A DNA stretch of 63,986 nt, the filler included, from Thelocarpon superellum (taxonomy: Eukaryota), in assembly GCA_026025795.1 (NCBI GenBank). It is 10 parts of 10 records of this genome, joined end to end, with 100 filler letters (N's around TTAATTAATTAA, not from the genome) between each part and the next. Parts side by side here need not be neighbours in the genome. Positions count along the whole stretch, not along the records: positions 32,274 to 38,589 come from JAPEUG010000682.1; positions 38,690 to 45,005 come from JAPEUG010000683.1; positions 45,106 to 51,377 come from JAPEUG010000684.1; 7 more parts are not named here. One strand, 5' to 3'. Below are positions 37,857 through 49,559 of the stretch, piece after piece. Every line of letters starts with the position of its first letter. Within the stretch, counting starts at the first letter, position 1. Made by a program: the position numbers and the translations under genes. A model generated the notes under the pieces. The model saw only the letters and a list, made by a program, of their open reading frames with translations. It was not told where the DNA came from and ran no database searches.

Positions 37857-38111
37857 GCGTAGAACCATGAGGAGAATTGGAGTCAACTTATCCCTCCTGG
37901 ACCGTTGATAGACCCCAAGACATGTAGATCGCTACACACCCAAACGCGAACGAAGAAAGAGCCATGACCGTGCCTCCTGAACCATGCTCCTCCCCAAGAT
38001 ACATTCCATTTCGCCTGCGTGCATGCATGCATACACAAGCACACGCACGCCACGAAGCACCGCCCACAGATCCCAACGCCCTTGCTTCCATTGGCGCACT
38101 CGCTCGCTCGC

Positions 38112-38589
38112 TCAAGCACGCCACCGATGTTCGGCGGTGTAGAACCTGACGAGCGCGGCAGCCGCCACGACATCGCCTGCTCTTAACAAGGCCGCGACAT
38201 CGACGTTCAGCGGGCTCTCGGGCTCCGGATCCGTCAGGAGCATTCGGATTGAATCCAGCGTGCGCTCGATGCTATACGCTGGAGTCCACGAGTCTTTCAG
38301 CAGGTCTAGACATATCTCGCCCGTCTGTTTTTGACACGGTGGTGACGGGTCAGCGGTTCGTTCTTGCAGGTGGGCTTTCGGCCTTGACGGGGACATGGAG
38401 TAGGGGAGCCGAGTAGACGAGGAGTGAAACAACGCAGACCTCCCCCACTGACCTTGAAATGCACGTTCGGATGACAGATGGGGGTGACGAAGCGCACCTC
38501 GGGCGGGGCAAGCGGGTAGTTTGACGGAATCCGAACGTCGAGTTTCCACAGCCCGCCCTCGTATCCCGACGCCGCAGTGGTTGTTCCTC
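38112..38589 (-). CDS. PEX4: Ubiquitin-conjugating enzyme E2, probably peroxin Pex4, 5'-truncated
   Basis: YEGGLWKLDVRIPSNYPLAPPEVRFVTPICHPNVHFK|TGEICLDLLKDSWTPAY...LLTDPEPESPLNVDVAALLRAGD. E2 is certain; the Pex4 assignment is from recall of the C-terminal pattern. Confidence 0.75.
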
Positions 38590-38689
38590 NNNNNNNNNNN
38601 NNNNNNNNNNNNNNNNNNNNNNNNNNNNNNNNNTTAATTAATTAANNNNNNNNNNNNNNNNNNNNNNNNNNNNNNNNNNNNNNNNNNNN
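38590..38689. other. Artificial contig spacer
   Basis: N44-TTAATTAATTAA-N44. Confidence 0.99.
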
Positions 38690-38730
38690 TTTCACTGCTC
38701 TATCCTGGCATGGCCTCTAATATTGCGCAG

Positions 38731-39916
38731 GGAGCAGGACAAAGAGGCAACTGTCTACATCGGCAACCTCGATGAGCGGGTCACTGATAGCCTGGTCTGG
38801 GAGTTGATGCTCCAGGCCGGACGCATTGTCAATGTACATCTCCCCAAAGACCGAGTCTCTCAGATGCATCAGGGCTATGGTTTTGTCGAGTTCATCAGCG
38901 AGGAAGACGCGGAGTATGCCGCGAGAATCATGAATCAGGTCCGGTTATATGGAAAGCCTATCCGAGTCAACAAGGTACGGCCAAGCCCAGCCGCGGTCAC
39001 GTCGATTGCGAAGCTGACTTTGGTGCATTTAGGCATCGGCAGATAAGCAAAAGACCGTCGAAGTGGGAGCGGAGCTTTTCATCGGTAACCTCGACCCCAT
39101 GGTCGACGAGAAGACGCTGTACGACACGTTTGGCCGTTTTGGTAGTCTCGTCGCAGCACCCAAGGTACGTCCTTCCTGGTTCCCCCGAAATCTACCTCCT
39201 GACGACATTAGATTGCGCGCGATGACGCCAGCCTCTCGAAGGGCTACGGATTTGTTTCATTCTCCAACTTTGAGGCCTCGGATGAGGCCATCGCCAATAT
39301 GCACAGCCAATATCTCATGAACAAGGAAATCTCGGTCCAGTACGCCTATAAGAAGGACGGCAAAGGGGAACGGCATGGCGACCAAGCGGAGAGAATGCTC
39401 GCAGCAGAAGCACGCAAACACAACGTACAACCTCAGACTCAGCAACTCCCTCCGCAACTGTTCAACCCGCCAACCGCTGCGGTGCCGAATAACTTGGTGG
39501 ACACCGATCCATCGAGAGCCCTGCATGGTCTGCCAGGCAATGCTGGCGCCGTCTACGCCAATGGACGTGGTGGCCCTCCGAACGGAAATTACCATAGCAT
39601 ACCTCCACCTCAGGCCCCTCGTGCTCCACCGCCTCCGCCCCAACCGCTCCCTGCTCCGCCGTCGGGTCTTCCGGCCCGACCACCGCCGTCAATAGGTGGA
39701 TATAACGGCCCACAAGGATTCCATGCGCCCGGATTTGCCCCTCAGCAACCCATGGCATATCCACCGCCTGGTGGTCCACCATCTGGCGTGCCCGTACCGG
39801 CCGGATTCGGTCCGCCACCTGTCCCCGGACGAGGTGCCCCGCCCGCTCTACCACCAGGATTTGGACCACCGCCGGGGCAATTGCCGCCAGGTTTCCAACC
39901 AGGCTACGGCCGATGA
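38731..39916 (+). CDS. HSH49: Splicing factor SF3B4/SAP49/Hsh49; first exon lies off-contig
   Basis: [30 protein letters not shown]...HQGYGFVEF...[12 protein letters not shown]...[15 protein letters not shown]...[21 protein letters not shown]; two RRMs plus a Pro-rich tail. Confidence 0.95.
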
Positions 39917-40385
39917 ATCCGGCGGACGGGATGCTTCACCGCGGTGGTTAGGACCCACGAGTCTGATTGGACTTACTCGATCCCACGATTTAAAACGGCT
40001 CATGTGAGGTGAGTATCCGCGTGGTCCGGTTCCTTGTCATCGACCCATGGTAATCGTGAATGCACAGCGCGTTTTCACTGCGTTCTGCGATGCCACGGGA
40101 TGGAGTAAGAACGAAAAGGGCCGGATATGATACCTGGTGGATATGATGCATTGATAGGACAATCGACTGGTCAACGGATGTACATGTAAATCATACAGGA
40201 TTGCCCTTGGGTCAACAGACCAAGCGACGATGAATAGCTTCCATATCGGGAATCAAGCCAAACGACTCGAGACTTGCGCGCTCTCAAGAGATAGATCGCT
40301 TCGCGACGAAGGATAACGCATCTGCCCATCATGCCAAAATCGCAACGCCTGTCGCCATCGCCATCACCAAGACTGAGGTCACCCA

Positions 40386-40808
40386 CTAAGAAAAGGAAAC
40401 GAACTTGGGATCCCTCGGCATCCCGTCCGGGCCGATGTTGTTCTTGGCGAATCTCTGCTCCGTATAGAGTCTCCGAGCCTCATCAAAGTCGACGCCCCGC
40501 CTCTTCATGATCTTCTGCACCTCGCGTTTCCCCTGTTCATCCAGACCGGCGCGTTCATCGCCCGACACCACATTCGAGCTCAGATCAAAGGCGCTTGACG
40601 TGAACCCTGCTTCCACATCTCCCATGAAGGAGGTGGGGAGACGCGAGTAGAGGTACTGCGGAGCAGGGAGGAGCGGGAGCCAGCGTGATCGAGTAACATA
40701 GAGCGCTGCTCAAGTCAGACCAGACGGTGAGGGGATAATATGACAGGCTTCCGCACCAGTCGCTGCAATCAGCACGGAGATGGAGATGGAATAGAGAATG
40801 TACCCCAT
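40386..40808 (-). CDS. Small fungal membrane protein, DUF2015/UPF0357-like, 1 intron
   Basis: MGYILYSISISVLIAAT|ALYVTRSRW...SFMGDVEAGFTSSAFDLSSNV...RAGLD...FDEARRLY...NNIGPDGMPRDPKFVSFS*. Confidence 0.8.
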
Positions 40809-41229
40809 GTCTTTGATAGCATGGACCCGAGGTTTGACGAGGGTCGACAGGGGAGGACAGCCTCGCGTGGAAGGAGGGATCCGGTAAGGGCACGCACAAA
40901 GATGACTTCACAGATCCAGAGGCCCGAGGTGAAGGGTGCCCCGGTGATCTTAAATGCAAGAGGCTCCGTATCTTGAGGACCACGAAGCCTGCGACGACGG
41001 CGGAGAGGCGGAGGTTGGTTGCGGATCAGGTCAGATCAGTCTACGTAAGCGGTCCCACGCGCTGAAGCGGGAGCGAGACGACGCTAGACACACTCCTGTC
41101 TAGCGCAAGCCGGCTCTGCCGTTGGCGATCGGGTCAGGGCTCGCCCTTGACTATGAGATAGGCGGGCGTCGAAATTCGCGGAATTACTCCACTCCATCTC
41201 ACACGGCCACGAGCAGCATCACTGTCGAG

Positions 41230-41994
41230 ATGGCCAACAACGTGTCGCCTGATCTCATCTGGGAGATTGTCCGTATGTGACAACGCTGCAACTCTGTGCC
41301 TCCTCGTCTTGGACTAATTTGATCTCACAGGCCCTAATAATGCCTTCCTAGTCAAGCGGAAGTCTGGCGGAGGCGTTCTATTCTCACGGGACCCTCTCAA
41401 CCTTATGAATAAGCATTCCCGAAAGGTCAGTTGGGGCATTGTGATTGCAGATATATCGCCAACAATCTGATGTGTGAGTAGTATGGTGGTTTCCTCAACG
41501 ACAAGGTATGCGTCAAACAAGACGGAGCACGAGACGAGGTCGAAATTCTGTTCCGGAGACTCACAATCTACAGGCCGTTGGGCTCCAACCAGGAGAGAAG
41601 GGCGGTATTACTTTGAAGACGAAGAAGGCCAAAGTCGCGCACAAGCCATCATCGAGCTCAAATGAGGTGACGTGGGGTCAGCATAAGGGTGGACGAAAGT
41701 ATGTATCTAGACATGAACGCGAATGGAAGAGAGACGATCTGACCTAATGATTGCTTGCCGCAGATCCTACAAGGGTATTGTCAACTACACTGCGAAGCAA
41801 GGCTACCGGTATGTGGAAGAAAGGGTGAGCTGTCTTGATTTGGTCAGGTCTGACAACGCGATTGATCCAGATCGGATCTCCGAGCCGAGGCTGTCGCGAG
41901 GGCGAGTGCTATTCGTCAATCTCAACAACCAAAGAAGGATGCTCCCGAAAAGAAGTTGCGAGGCGCAAAGGCCAAGAAGGCAGCCGAGGCCTAG
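41230..41994 (+). CDS. 60S ribosomal protein eL28 (L28e), 5 introns
   Basis: MANNVSPDLIWEIVR...NNAFLVKRKSGGGVLFSRDPLNLMNKHSRK|YGGFLNDK|AVGLQPGEKGG...YRSDLRAEAVARASAIRQSQQPKKDAPEKKLRGAKAKKAAEA*. Confidence 0.92.
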
Positions 41995-42649
41995 GTTTGG
42001 GGGAAGTGTCGTCGGGATGGGGGATGTGTGGGCGGGAACATAAACCTGCCGTCAGAAGTCTCTGAACTCATGAGTGCAATGAACTCTTGCCATCCATCCT
42101 GCCATGTACCGTCTAGGTGGATCCGATGTATTTCCCTCCTCGTACCACGAGCATCACATGTTTGGCGTCGACCAGCTTCTCCACCCTTGATTGACAGGAG
42201 GTCCTTCACACCTACTGTCACGTTACTCCTCCGCGGGTCACTTCCGGAAACTCCCGACCCCGCGCCCGAGGCCATGACCAACCTTGGATGTGTCCGGGTT
42301 GGCCGGGAGTTTCGTTCCTGGAGAAGATATGGTCGGCAAAATGGAGGGTATAGGGACGAGTAGTCGTAAGGGAGCAGCTAAGTGAAAGTTAGTTAGCACG
42401 TCGTCGTAAGTCGTCCCTGTAGTCAGTGCCCTAGCCGTCCGAGCTCTTGACAACGCTGCGTTTCCGCGTTGCCCCGCACTAGCGACTCACCGAAACGACC
42501 AAACACCGACCCCTCGGCAAGTCCCTGTGCAAGGTCGGCCTCCAGTCATCTCCGTCAGCTCTCTGCTTCTTTCTTCTTCTTCCCTCTTCATATTGCACCG
42601 ACACTCTGCTCGACTGTAATCCTTTCATCCAACTATCATCTTGCCCAAC

Positions 42650-44014
42650 ATGGTCAAAGCCGGTATGACGTTGCGGTACGATGTATTGAAGATGACGCAA
42701 ACTAATTCGCGCTGTTAGTTGTCCTCGGTGCCGCTGGTGGCATCGGCCAGGTAGGCGGACGACGTACCGGGTATCCCGCCGCTACTAATTGATCTCGCAG
42801 CCTCTCTCTCTCTTGATGAAGGCTAGTCCTCTCATCGACGAGCTTAGCCTTTACGATGTGGTCAACACCCCTGGCGTGGCGACCGACCTCTCGCACATCT
42901 CCTCCAAAGCGGTACGAGCAGTGCCAAGCTACGATGACGGCACTGAAGCTCACCTCCGGTTAGAAACTCACTGGGTACCTGCCTAAAGATGATGGCTTGA
43001 AGAGCGCTCTTACTGGCGCCGATCTGGTCATCATCCCTGCCGGCATTCCCCGTATGTTGCCGCCGGTCCTCGTTCAAGGCTGATGCTAAGCACGGTTCCA
43101 GGCAAGCCTGGGATGACCCGTGACGACCTGTTCAAGATCAATGCGGGGATTGTACGGGATCTTGCCAAAGGTTGTGCCGAGTTCTGTCCCAAGGCCTTTA
43201 TCCTGATCATCTCGAATCCTGTCAACTCCACCGTCCCGATCGCGGCGGAGGTGCTCAAGGCCCACAAGGTGTTTGATCCCAAGAAGCTCTTTGGCGTGAC
43301 GACTCTCGATGTGGTGCGGGCCGAGACCTTCGTCGCTGAGATCACGGGTGAGACCGATCCTTCGAAGCTGGTGATCCCAGTGGTTGGAGGACATTCGGGC
43401 GAGACGATTGTGCCCTTGTTCAGTCAGGCTAAGCCGAAGGTGACCATCCCTGCCGAGAAGCTGGACGCATTGGTTCACCGTAAGTTATACCCCAGACGCC
43501 GAGGAGCGGAGAAATGTACTAATCTGAGGGTGATGATAGGCGTGCAATTCGGTGGCGACGAGGTCGTCAAGGCCAAGGATGGAGCTGGATCGGCGACCTT
43601 GTCAATGGCCTATGCGGGATTTCGGTGAGCCCGCCTGTCATGATTAGATCTGGTCTTGTCCTGACGAATGCAGCTTCGCCGAAAAGGTGATCAAGGCTCT
43701 CAAGGGCGAGAAGGGCATTGTCGAACCGACCTTTGTCTACCTTCCGGGTGTCGAGGGAGGTGAGGCCATTGCCAAGCTCACGGGAGTTGACTTTTTTTCT
43801 GTTCCGGTCGAGCTAGGGGTAAGTTCTCCTCGTTGATTGCATCATCGCGAGTGAGCTGACACATGACGATCAGCCCTCTGGCGCGCTCAAGGCTACGAAC
43901 CCCCTAACGGCGGCGGACGACAAGGAGAAGAAACTGCTAGAGGCATGTTTTACAGGACTGAAGGGCAATGTGGAAAAAGGAGTGGAATTTGCCCGTAACC
44001 CTCCTCCAAAGTGA
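42650..44014 (+). CDS. mdh: NAD-dependent malate dehydrogenase with no mitochondrial presequence (cytosolic/peroxisomal type), 7 introns
   Basis: [22 protein letters not shown]...[17 protein letters not shown]...[24 protein letters not shown]...[11 protein letters not shown]...VTTLDVVRA...GGHSGETI...[16 protein letters not shown]...FARNPPPK*. Confidence 0.96.
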
Positions 44015-45005
44015 ATTGACCCATTTCTTTATTCCCTTTCTTCCTCTGTCTTTCGTCGTGACCATTTTCTCCTCCTCACAAAATGAAAATCTCACAAAAG
44101 CACATCTCTCTCCCTTACGTCGCTCTCCTCTTCAAGTCTGGGGTCCAAAAAAGCAAATAACAATATATCCGCAATCGACCAATCGAATGAAGATAACGCT
44201 GATTCAGTTTTTTGTACGAGCCAGGCTGTGAATGAGGCTTCGTCCCGCCCTTCGTCTACTCCTCCCTTGTTTCCATCTGTCTGTCCGTTCGTCTCTTCGA
44301 TCTTCGCTCTCCGAGCAAAATTGGGTTACACGACATTTCGTGATCTGAGCACACCCGAGATGGATGAGAAGGGAAGAAAGGAAGGGAGGGAGGACGGGAG
44401 AGAAAGAGAACACGCTACGAGCGGACTGGGAGTACTGAATACATGAGCGTACGGTAGCAGAGAAGCAGCGGAAGAAGAAGTAGCAGATCACTACTAGCAT
44501 TCGGCTGTTCTTGGAAGCCTTTTACACGCGGTACGAGGATACTCGACAGGACTGGATGGATTGTGCGCAAGTAAGTGATGCTTGGGAAGGCAAAGACGAA
44601 GCATAACCATAGATATCCCCCCCCCACCCCGCTTCGAACGCCCACATGATGCAATGGCCCTACTCCACTTCCGTCTCTTCGGGTCAAGATGGCAAAGATA
44701 TCTCCCCCCGCCCTCCGCTAACGTTCACATTCATCTCCTCGACCCCCTCTCCCCACGCCCTCAGACTCCCAGATAGCCCTCTCCCTTCCCTCCCCACCCC
44801 ACCCTTTTGTGAAGGCAAGCGATTCCTCGCTTCATCTTCATCTTGTACGGGCTGGACGAGGAAAATCACGGTCTAGACCCCGCCGTCTTGATCTGAAACG
44901 TAGCACCCGGCAGTTCCGCCGTCTCTGCCTGCACCGTTGCGTGGATGCCGAAACTAACGAGCGCGCCGCGGATGACGCCGCATGGGAACCATAGGAACTG
45001 TATCA

Positions 45006-45105
45006 NNNNNNNNNNNNNNNNNNNNNNNNNNNNNNNNNNNNNNNNNNNNTTAATTAATTAANNNNNNNNNNNNNNNNNNNNNNNNNNNNNNNNNNNNNNN
45101 NNNNN
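45006..45105. other. Artificial contig spacer
   Basis: N44-TTAATTAATTAA-N44. Confidence 0.99.
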
Positions 45106-46355
45106 GTGGTCGTCGCCAGAGAAGACGTGCGCCACGTCGCCCACCTTGTCCACCAGCTCGGCGGAGATCTCCGGCGTCAGCACGTTCTGGTACTGGTATC
45201 CCGCGTGCACCGAGATCGCATTGCGCTCGTCCCTGTCCAGCGGCTCGGTCTGTCCCTTGGGCGGCGCCGTCGGGGGCCAGTGCTCGCGGAGCGGCCCGCA
45301 CGGCGTGCCGCCGGGCCGGTAGAGCGGGACGTGGGTGAGGAGGATGGTGGGGAAGGCCGATCCGTTATAGATCTCGCGCGTGGGTATGGTTTCATTGAGC
45401 TCCGTCATCTTGTGCGGCCATCTTAACCCCTCCATCGTGCCCTGCTGGTGCTCCAGTTCCCGACCGGTCGCGCGAATCTTTTCCGCCTGCACGCCGTCCA
45501 GGAATTCCTCCACCGGTTTCCAGATCTTCTCGCCCGAGCTCTGGCTCGCCGTGGCCGGGTCCGTCTGGCCTTTGGCGCTGAGCGAGACGGTGTCGACGGA
45601 GACCAGGGAGTGATTGCCGATGATATCGACCCGACTCCCCTCGCCAAAATAGGTGTAGAATCGATCTCGCACCGGGAGCTGGATGCCCACGCCCAATCCG
45701 AGATCGTGATTGCCCGGAAGACTCGCCAAGATCTTCCGCCCTCGCTGTCCCACTCCCAGCGCGTGCTCGCCTTTCCGGTAATTGTCGAAGAAGATGCCGC
45801 CGAAGCGACGGTACTCGCGGAGCCAGAACTCCTCGCCGTACTTCTTCCACTGCTTCTCGGGACTCTCGCTGGTCACTGTTGACCACTCGCGCCCGCCATC
45901 GAATAGATCGCCGAGAAAGGCGGTGGTATCGGGGGTCAAGGAGCCCTGCAGGAGGGAGTAGGACCGACCAAGGTAGAGATCGGTGTAGCGGACGGTCAAG
46001 GTGGAGAGCGGCCATGGCCGGCCGGGATAGGTGTGGGGATCCACGAGCTGCGGATCGGCGATGAAAACGAGATGATGGGGAGTCGCACCGGGGGCCTGCG
46101 TCAAGCGTCAGTCAGGGAAGGTATCGTGGCGACGACTCAGCCAAGTCGACATACCCATCGCTCCCATCGATTCCAGTGACACTCATCGATAGCTGATCGG
46201 AACACCGTCCGTTCGCCCCACCACAACAGTAAGATCCAGCACACGGCCAGAGCATTGGGGAGATTCACGACGCTGGCCAGGGACCATCGGCGTGGGCCCC
46301 GGGTCGGATGTGAGCCTACCAGCGCCGTGTATGCGTGGCGCAACAGAAATGCCAT
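45106..46355 (-). CDS. CDC1: Cdc1/MPPE1-like metallophosphoesterase (GPI remodelling), 3'-truncated
   Basis: N-terminal TM segment (WILLLWWGER) and motifs IADPQLVDPHTY, LGDLFDGG, PGNHD, LTHVPLYR, CGPLRE, GYQYQNVL, FSGDDH. Confidence 0.85.
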
Positions 46356-46841
46356 GGCTGGCGGAAAGGAGCGTCTGTCGGAGCTGACGCTCGCAACACC
46401 ATCGCTGATCACGGTGTATCGGGCGACATCATGACGGCAACAAAAGCGTACTCGTACTGGTTGCTGCCATGTCCTCCATGCTTTGATCAGGGGGCGTACG
46501 CGTTCTCGCTGCTTCTGACGAGCCCTGGAGTACGGGAATGTACAGTTAGGAGTCGCAGCCTGTAGCCCCTACTCGAAGGCCGATTACTTCGGTCTAGCGT
46601 GCTGCGTGCGCCGCGGATCACGACAATCCAACTCTATTGGGGGCGCCCCGTCTATTTTAGTCAACCGCTTGGCGTGATTGGCGACGCGTTCCCTCCATTC
46701 CACCTTGTTTGGCGGGGGGCCCAGATGACGAAGAGCCCGGCATGATAATGTCATGGTCATTCACTCGAAGAGAAGGCCAGGAATGAGAATGCAACAATCT
46801 AAATCACACGTGAAATGTAGAAGATTCGGGTCAACGTGAAC

Positions 46842-47579
46842 ATGACCATTGTGAGTAATCCAGAGAAGGTTGTCATGTTTGATCCATCCATAAGCCCGCG
46901 ACATGGACGGACCGCTTCTTTACCCGTGGTCCTGGCCGACGACGACAAAAGATTGGGCGACCGCCACTCCCAACAAAGTTCTCCCTTCCGAGGAGACTCA
47001 CGACTTAAAGCCCGCGAGATGGACTCATCAGAGAGTGGAGGGGATGACAGTGGTCATGAGCGAGAGCGAGAGCAAGAACAGGACGAGGACGAGGATGAGG
47101 ACGTCGACGAAGATCCCAAGGCAAAACTGGATGGATTCGACTGGAGTGCATTCGAGACACGGTACCATCAGGCTATGGCGGACGAAGATGCCGCCGAAAA
47201 AGCGAATGAGGCCGAATTGGCCGAGTTACTCAAGGTCTGTCACCCCGGACCTATCCCTCTCCCCACTTGAAACACTACTAAAGGAAGGAATGATAGTTCT
47301 TCCGGATCTGGGCCGAAACTACTGTAACCCATGAACGAGATCGATCCTACAAACGGTGGGTGGAAGATGACATGACCCTGCTGGCAACGCTCTGATTCCC
47401 TCTCCTGTCCAGGCTCAAAACACGGACGCACTTTGTACAGCAATCGGAGCAAACCTTGGCGGAGAGAAGGGAACACTGTATGCATCGACACCATGCATCG
47501 GGAAGACGGTACGCTGACCCTCGCCACAGATATCAGCGTCGTCAAAGCTTTCGAGAGCGCCCTCGCATTGCTTCAATAG
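46842..47579 (+). CDS. Hypothetical coiled-coil protein, 3 introns (start uncertain)
   Basis: In-frame splicing gives FDWSAFETRYHQAM...ELLK|FFRIWAETTVTHERDRSYKR|LKTRTHFVQQSEQTLAERREH|YISVVKAFESALALLQ*. Confidence 0.65.
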
Positions 47580-47897
47580 GCGTTTGAAATCGTTTCATCG
47601 ATCGTGGTGTTGGGGGAGTCATTGGTAGAAGGGTCCGGGTTGAAGTGATTGTTTTCATGACAGCATGTCATCGAATGAGCGGGAAAATGTGACTGTCGGA
47701 AGGCCGTGGAGTGCAGTAGAATGTAAATTTGGAAGATGGTCGTCCAAGGTCCATCGATGAGGGGCGGGACAGAACCTGAGAGACCGGAACGCGGCTGTGT
47801 TTCGACCACCCGGCAGCAGAAGCGTCCTTCAACTCTCCAGTCTCATGCAACCAGCTCGTCCTCACAGCGATGGAGTGGAGCCTGGAGCAGCGCGAGT

Positions 47898-48887
47898 ATG
47901 GCCGAACCACCGTTGAATAATCAGGACCTTCTGAAGCGCCTCGCCGCGCTCCGATCATCCAGCCGGCTGCCGCCCAGCTGGGCCCATCCGCAATCTACCA
48001 CTACATCTACATTCACTCCCTCCGACAAGGAAACCGTCGACGATATCGACGCCAGCCTCGCCGCACGCTTCCAGAAACTCAGGCCACCAAAGGGGACCCC
48101 TGCCGCCACGACGTCCTCCCAACCGGTGGAGATTCAACATGCCCGGGCGGGACCAGAGTTCGACCGTGACACAAGAGAAGAACGTGGCGAAGATGACGGG
48201 CGAACAGTGGAGGACGTACTGCGGGAGCTGGGACCCGACACGCAATGGACGTTGAATGCCGATGATGAGACCGATGTGCAGAAGCTGCTGGACGAGGCCA
48301 AGAAGAGCCTACCACCGCCTGGAATTCGGTCGAGTCGTACGGAAGATGAACCAGTCGACGGGAGAGCCGAGGCATCGCGGGGTGATGCAGAACGAAAGAT
48401 GCCCGCACTCAACCCTTCCGTCTTTGCCGTACCAGCGAAGGCCGCGAGCCAAAGCACTACGAAGGACGAGGAAAGAGAAGACGAGGAGGAAGCGTCTGCC
48501 TACGTCCGCAAGATCTTGGATGAATTGGAGCTGGAACGGCGCGATGAGGTGATCTCGCCGCCGTCCGAACTCAACGAGGAGCGCGAACACAAACACCCGG
48601 CGGCAGAAGAGCCAAGCCCGTTGCTCTCGCTCCCCTCCGCGCCTACTGCCTTACCGACCCGGGCTTCTACAGCCGGGGCGAAAGGCAAGCATGCTCCAAA
48701 CTCTGCATCAGACGCGGAGGCCATGGTGGATGCGTGGTGCGAGATCTGTAATGCCGACGCTACGGTACGCTGCCTGGGCTGTGATGGGGATTTGTATTGC
48801 GCTCGATGTTGGAAGGAGGGCCACGTCGGCCCTGATGCTGGGTGGGAGGAGAGATGCCATCGGTGGGAGAAGTTTCGGCGTGGATAG
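47898..48887 (+). CDS. ZFYVE19/ANCHR-like protein (C-terminal B-box-like zinc finger, MIM1-like motifs, no FYVE domain)
   Basis: C-terminal [31 protein letters not shown]-terminal [10 protein letters not shown] and [12 protein letters not shown]; single exon. Confidence 0.75.
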   Translation: MAEPPLNNQDLLKRLAALRSSSRLPPSWAHPQSTTTSTFTPSDKETVDDIDASLAARFQKLRPPKGTPAATTSSQPVEIQHARAGPEFDRDTREERGEDDGRTVEDVLRELGPDTQWTLNADDETDVQKLLDEAKKSLPPPGIRSSRTEDEPVDGRAEASRGDAERKMPALNPSVFAVPAKAASQSTTKDEEREDEEEASAYVRKILDELELERRDEVISPPSELNEEREHKHPAAEEPSPLLSLPSAPTALPTRASTAGAKGKHAPNSASDAEAMVDAWCEICNADATVRCLGCDGDLYCARCWKEGHVGPDAGWEERCHRWEKFRRG

Positions 48888-49310
48888 CAGACACGTTGTA
48901 GCTCGGAAGTTTTGTGATAATCCAATGTGGAGTGCTCTCCACTTTTGTCTTGAGAAACAGGGAGGGCTTCAGATTGCGGACGCAACAAACGAGGCGTGCT
49001 CCAGATCACTCACTTCGTAGACAGGGCCCCCTCCGTGCTACTAGAAACACCGACGCCCACAAAAGGAAGGCGTCCGTCTACCTAGTATGGGGAGATGGAC
49101 CCCTGCATTAGCTGCGGTGTCCGACCCGTAACGACTGCAGTCATTCTAAGGCCCGGGGGCGACGCAGACTAGTGCCCGGCGAGTGTAAGAATGTCTTGCG
49201 ATTGGTATCGACCAGCAAGGCCTAGAGGCTGCCGGCATCATTCCATATTTGAACGGACGCTTCTAATCGCCCACGACACCCGTCCCGCACCGTCCAAGGC
49301 TACCCAGCAT

Positions 49311-49357
49311 CAGCCCGGCCCGGCCCGGCCCGGCCCAGCCCGGCCCAGCCCAGTCCC
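49311..49357 (+). repeat. Imperfect pentanucleotide microsatellite (CCCRG)n
   Basis: cagcccggcccggcccggcccggcccagcccggcccagcccagtccc. Confidence 0.8.
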
Positions 49358-49559
49358 ATCCATCCAGGCGCCCAACCCGGCCAAAACCAAGCGCCGTCGC
49401 CCCGCGGCGTATTGATCCGATCCGAGCGCCGCCAAAATCAAACATCCCTCAAACCCCAGAGTCAAGCTGTGCAAAAGTCAAGGAGGACCATAAGCAAAGA
49501 ATGAAAGAGGGTCGACAGCCTCATTACCGAGGACAAGAAGGAAAGCATTCTGCGTTGAC

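Noticed and set aside
40..39916. Splicing-factor cluster (U1-C with SF3B4)
   Set aside because: The genes are on different contigs separated by artificial spacers
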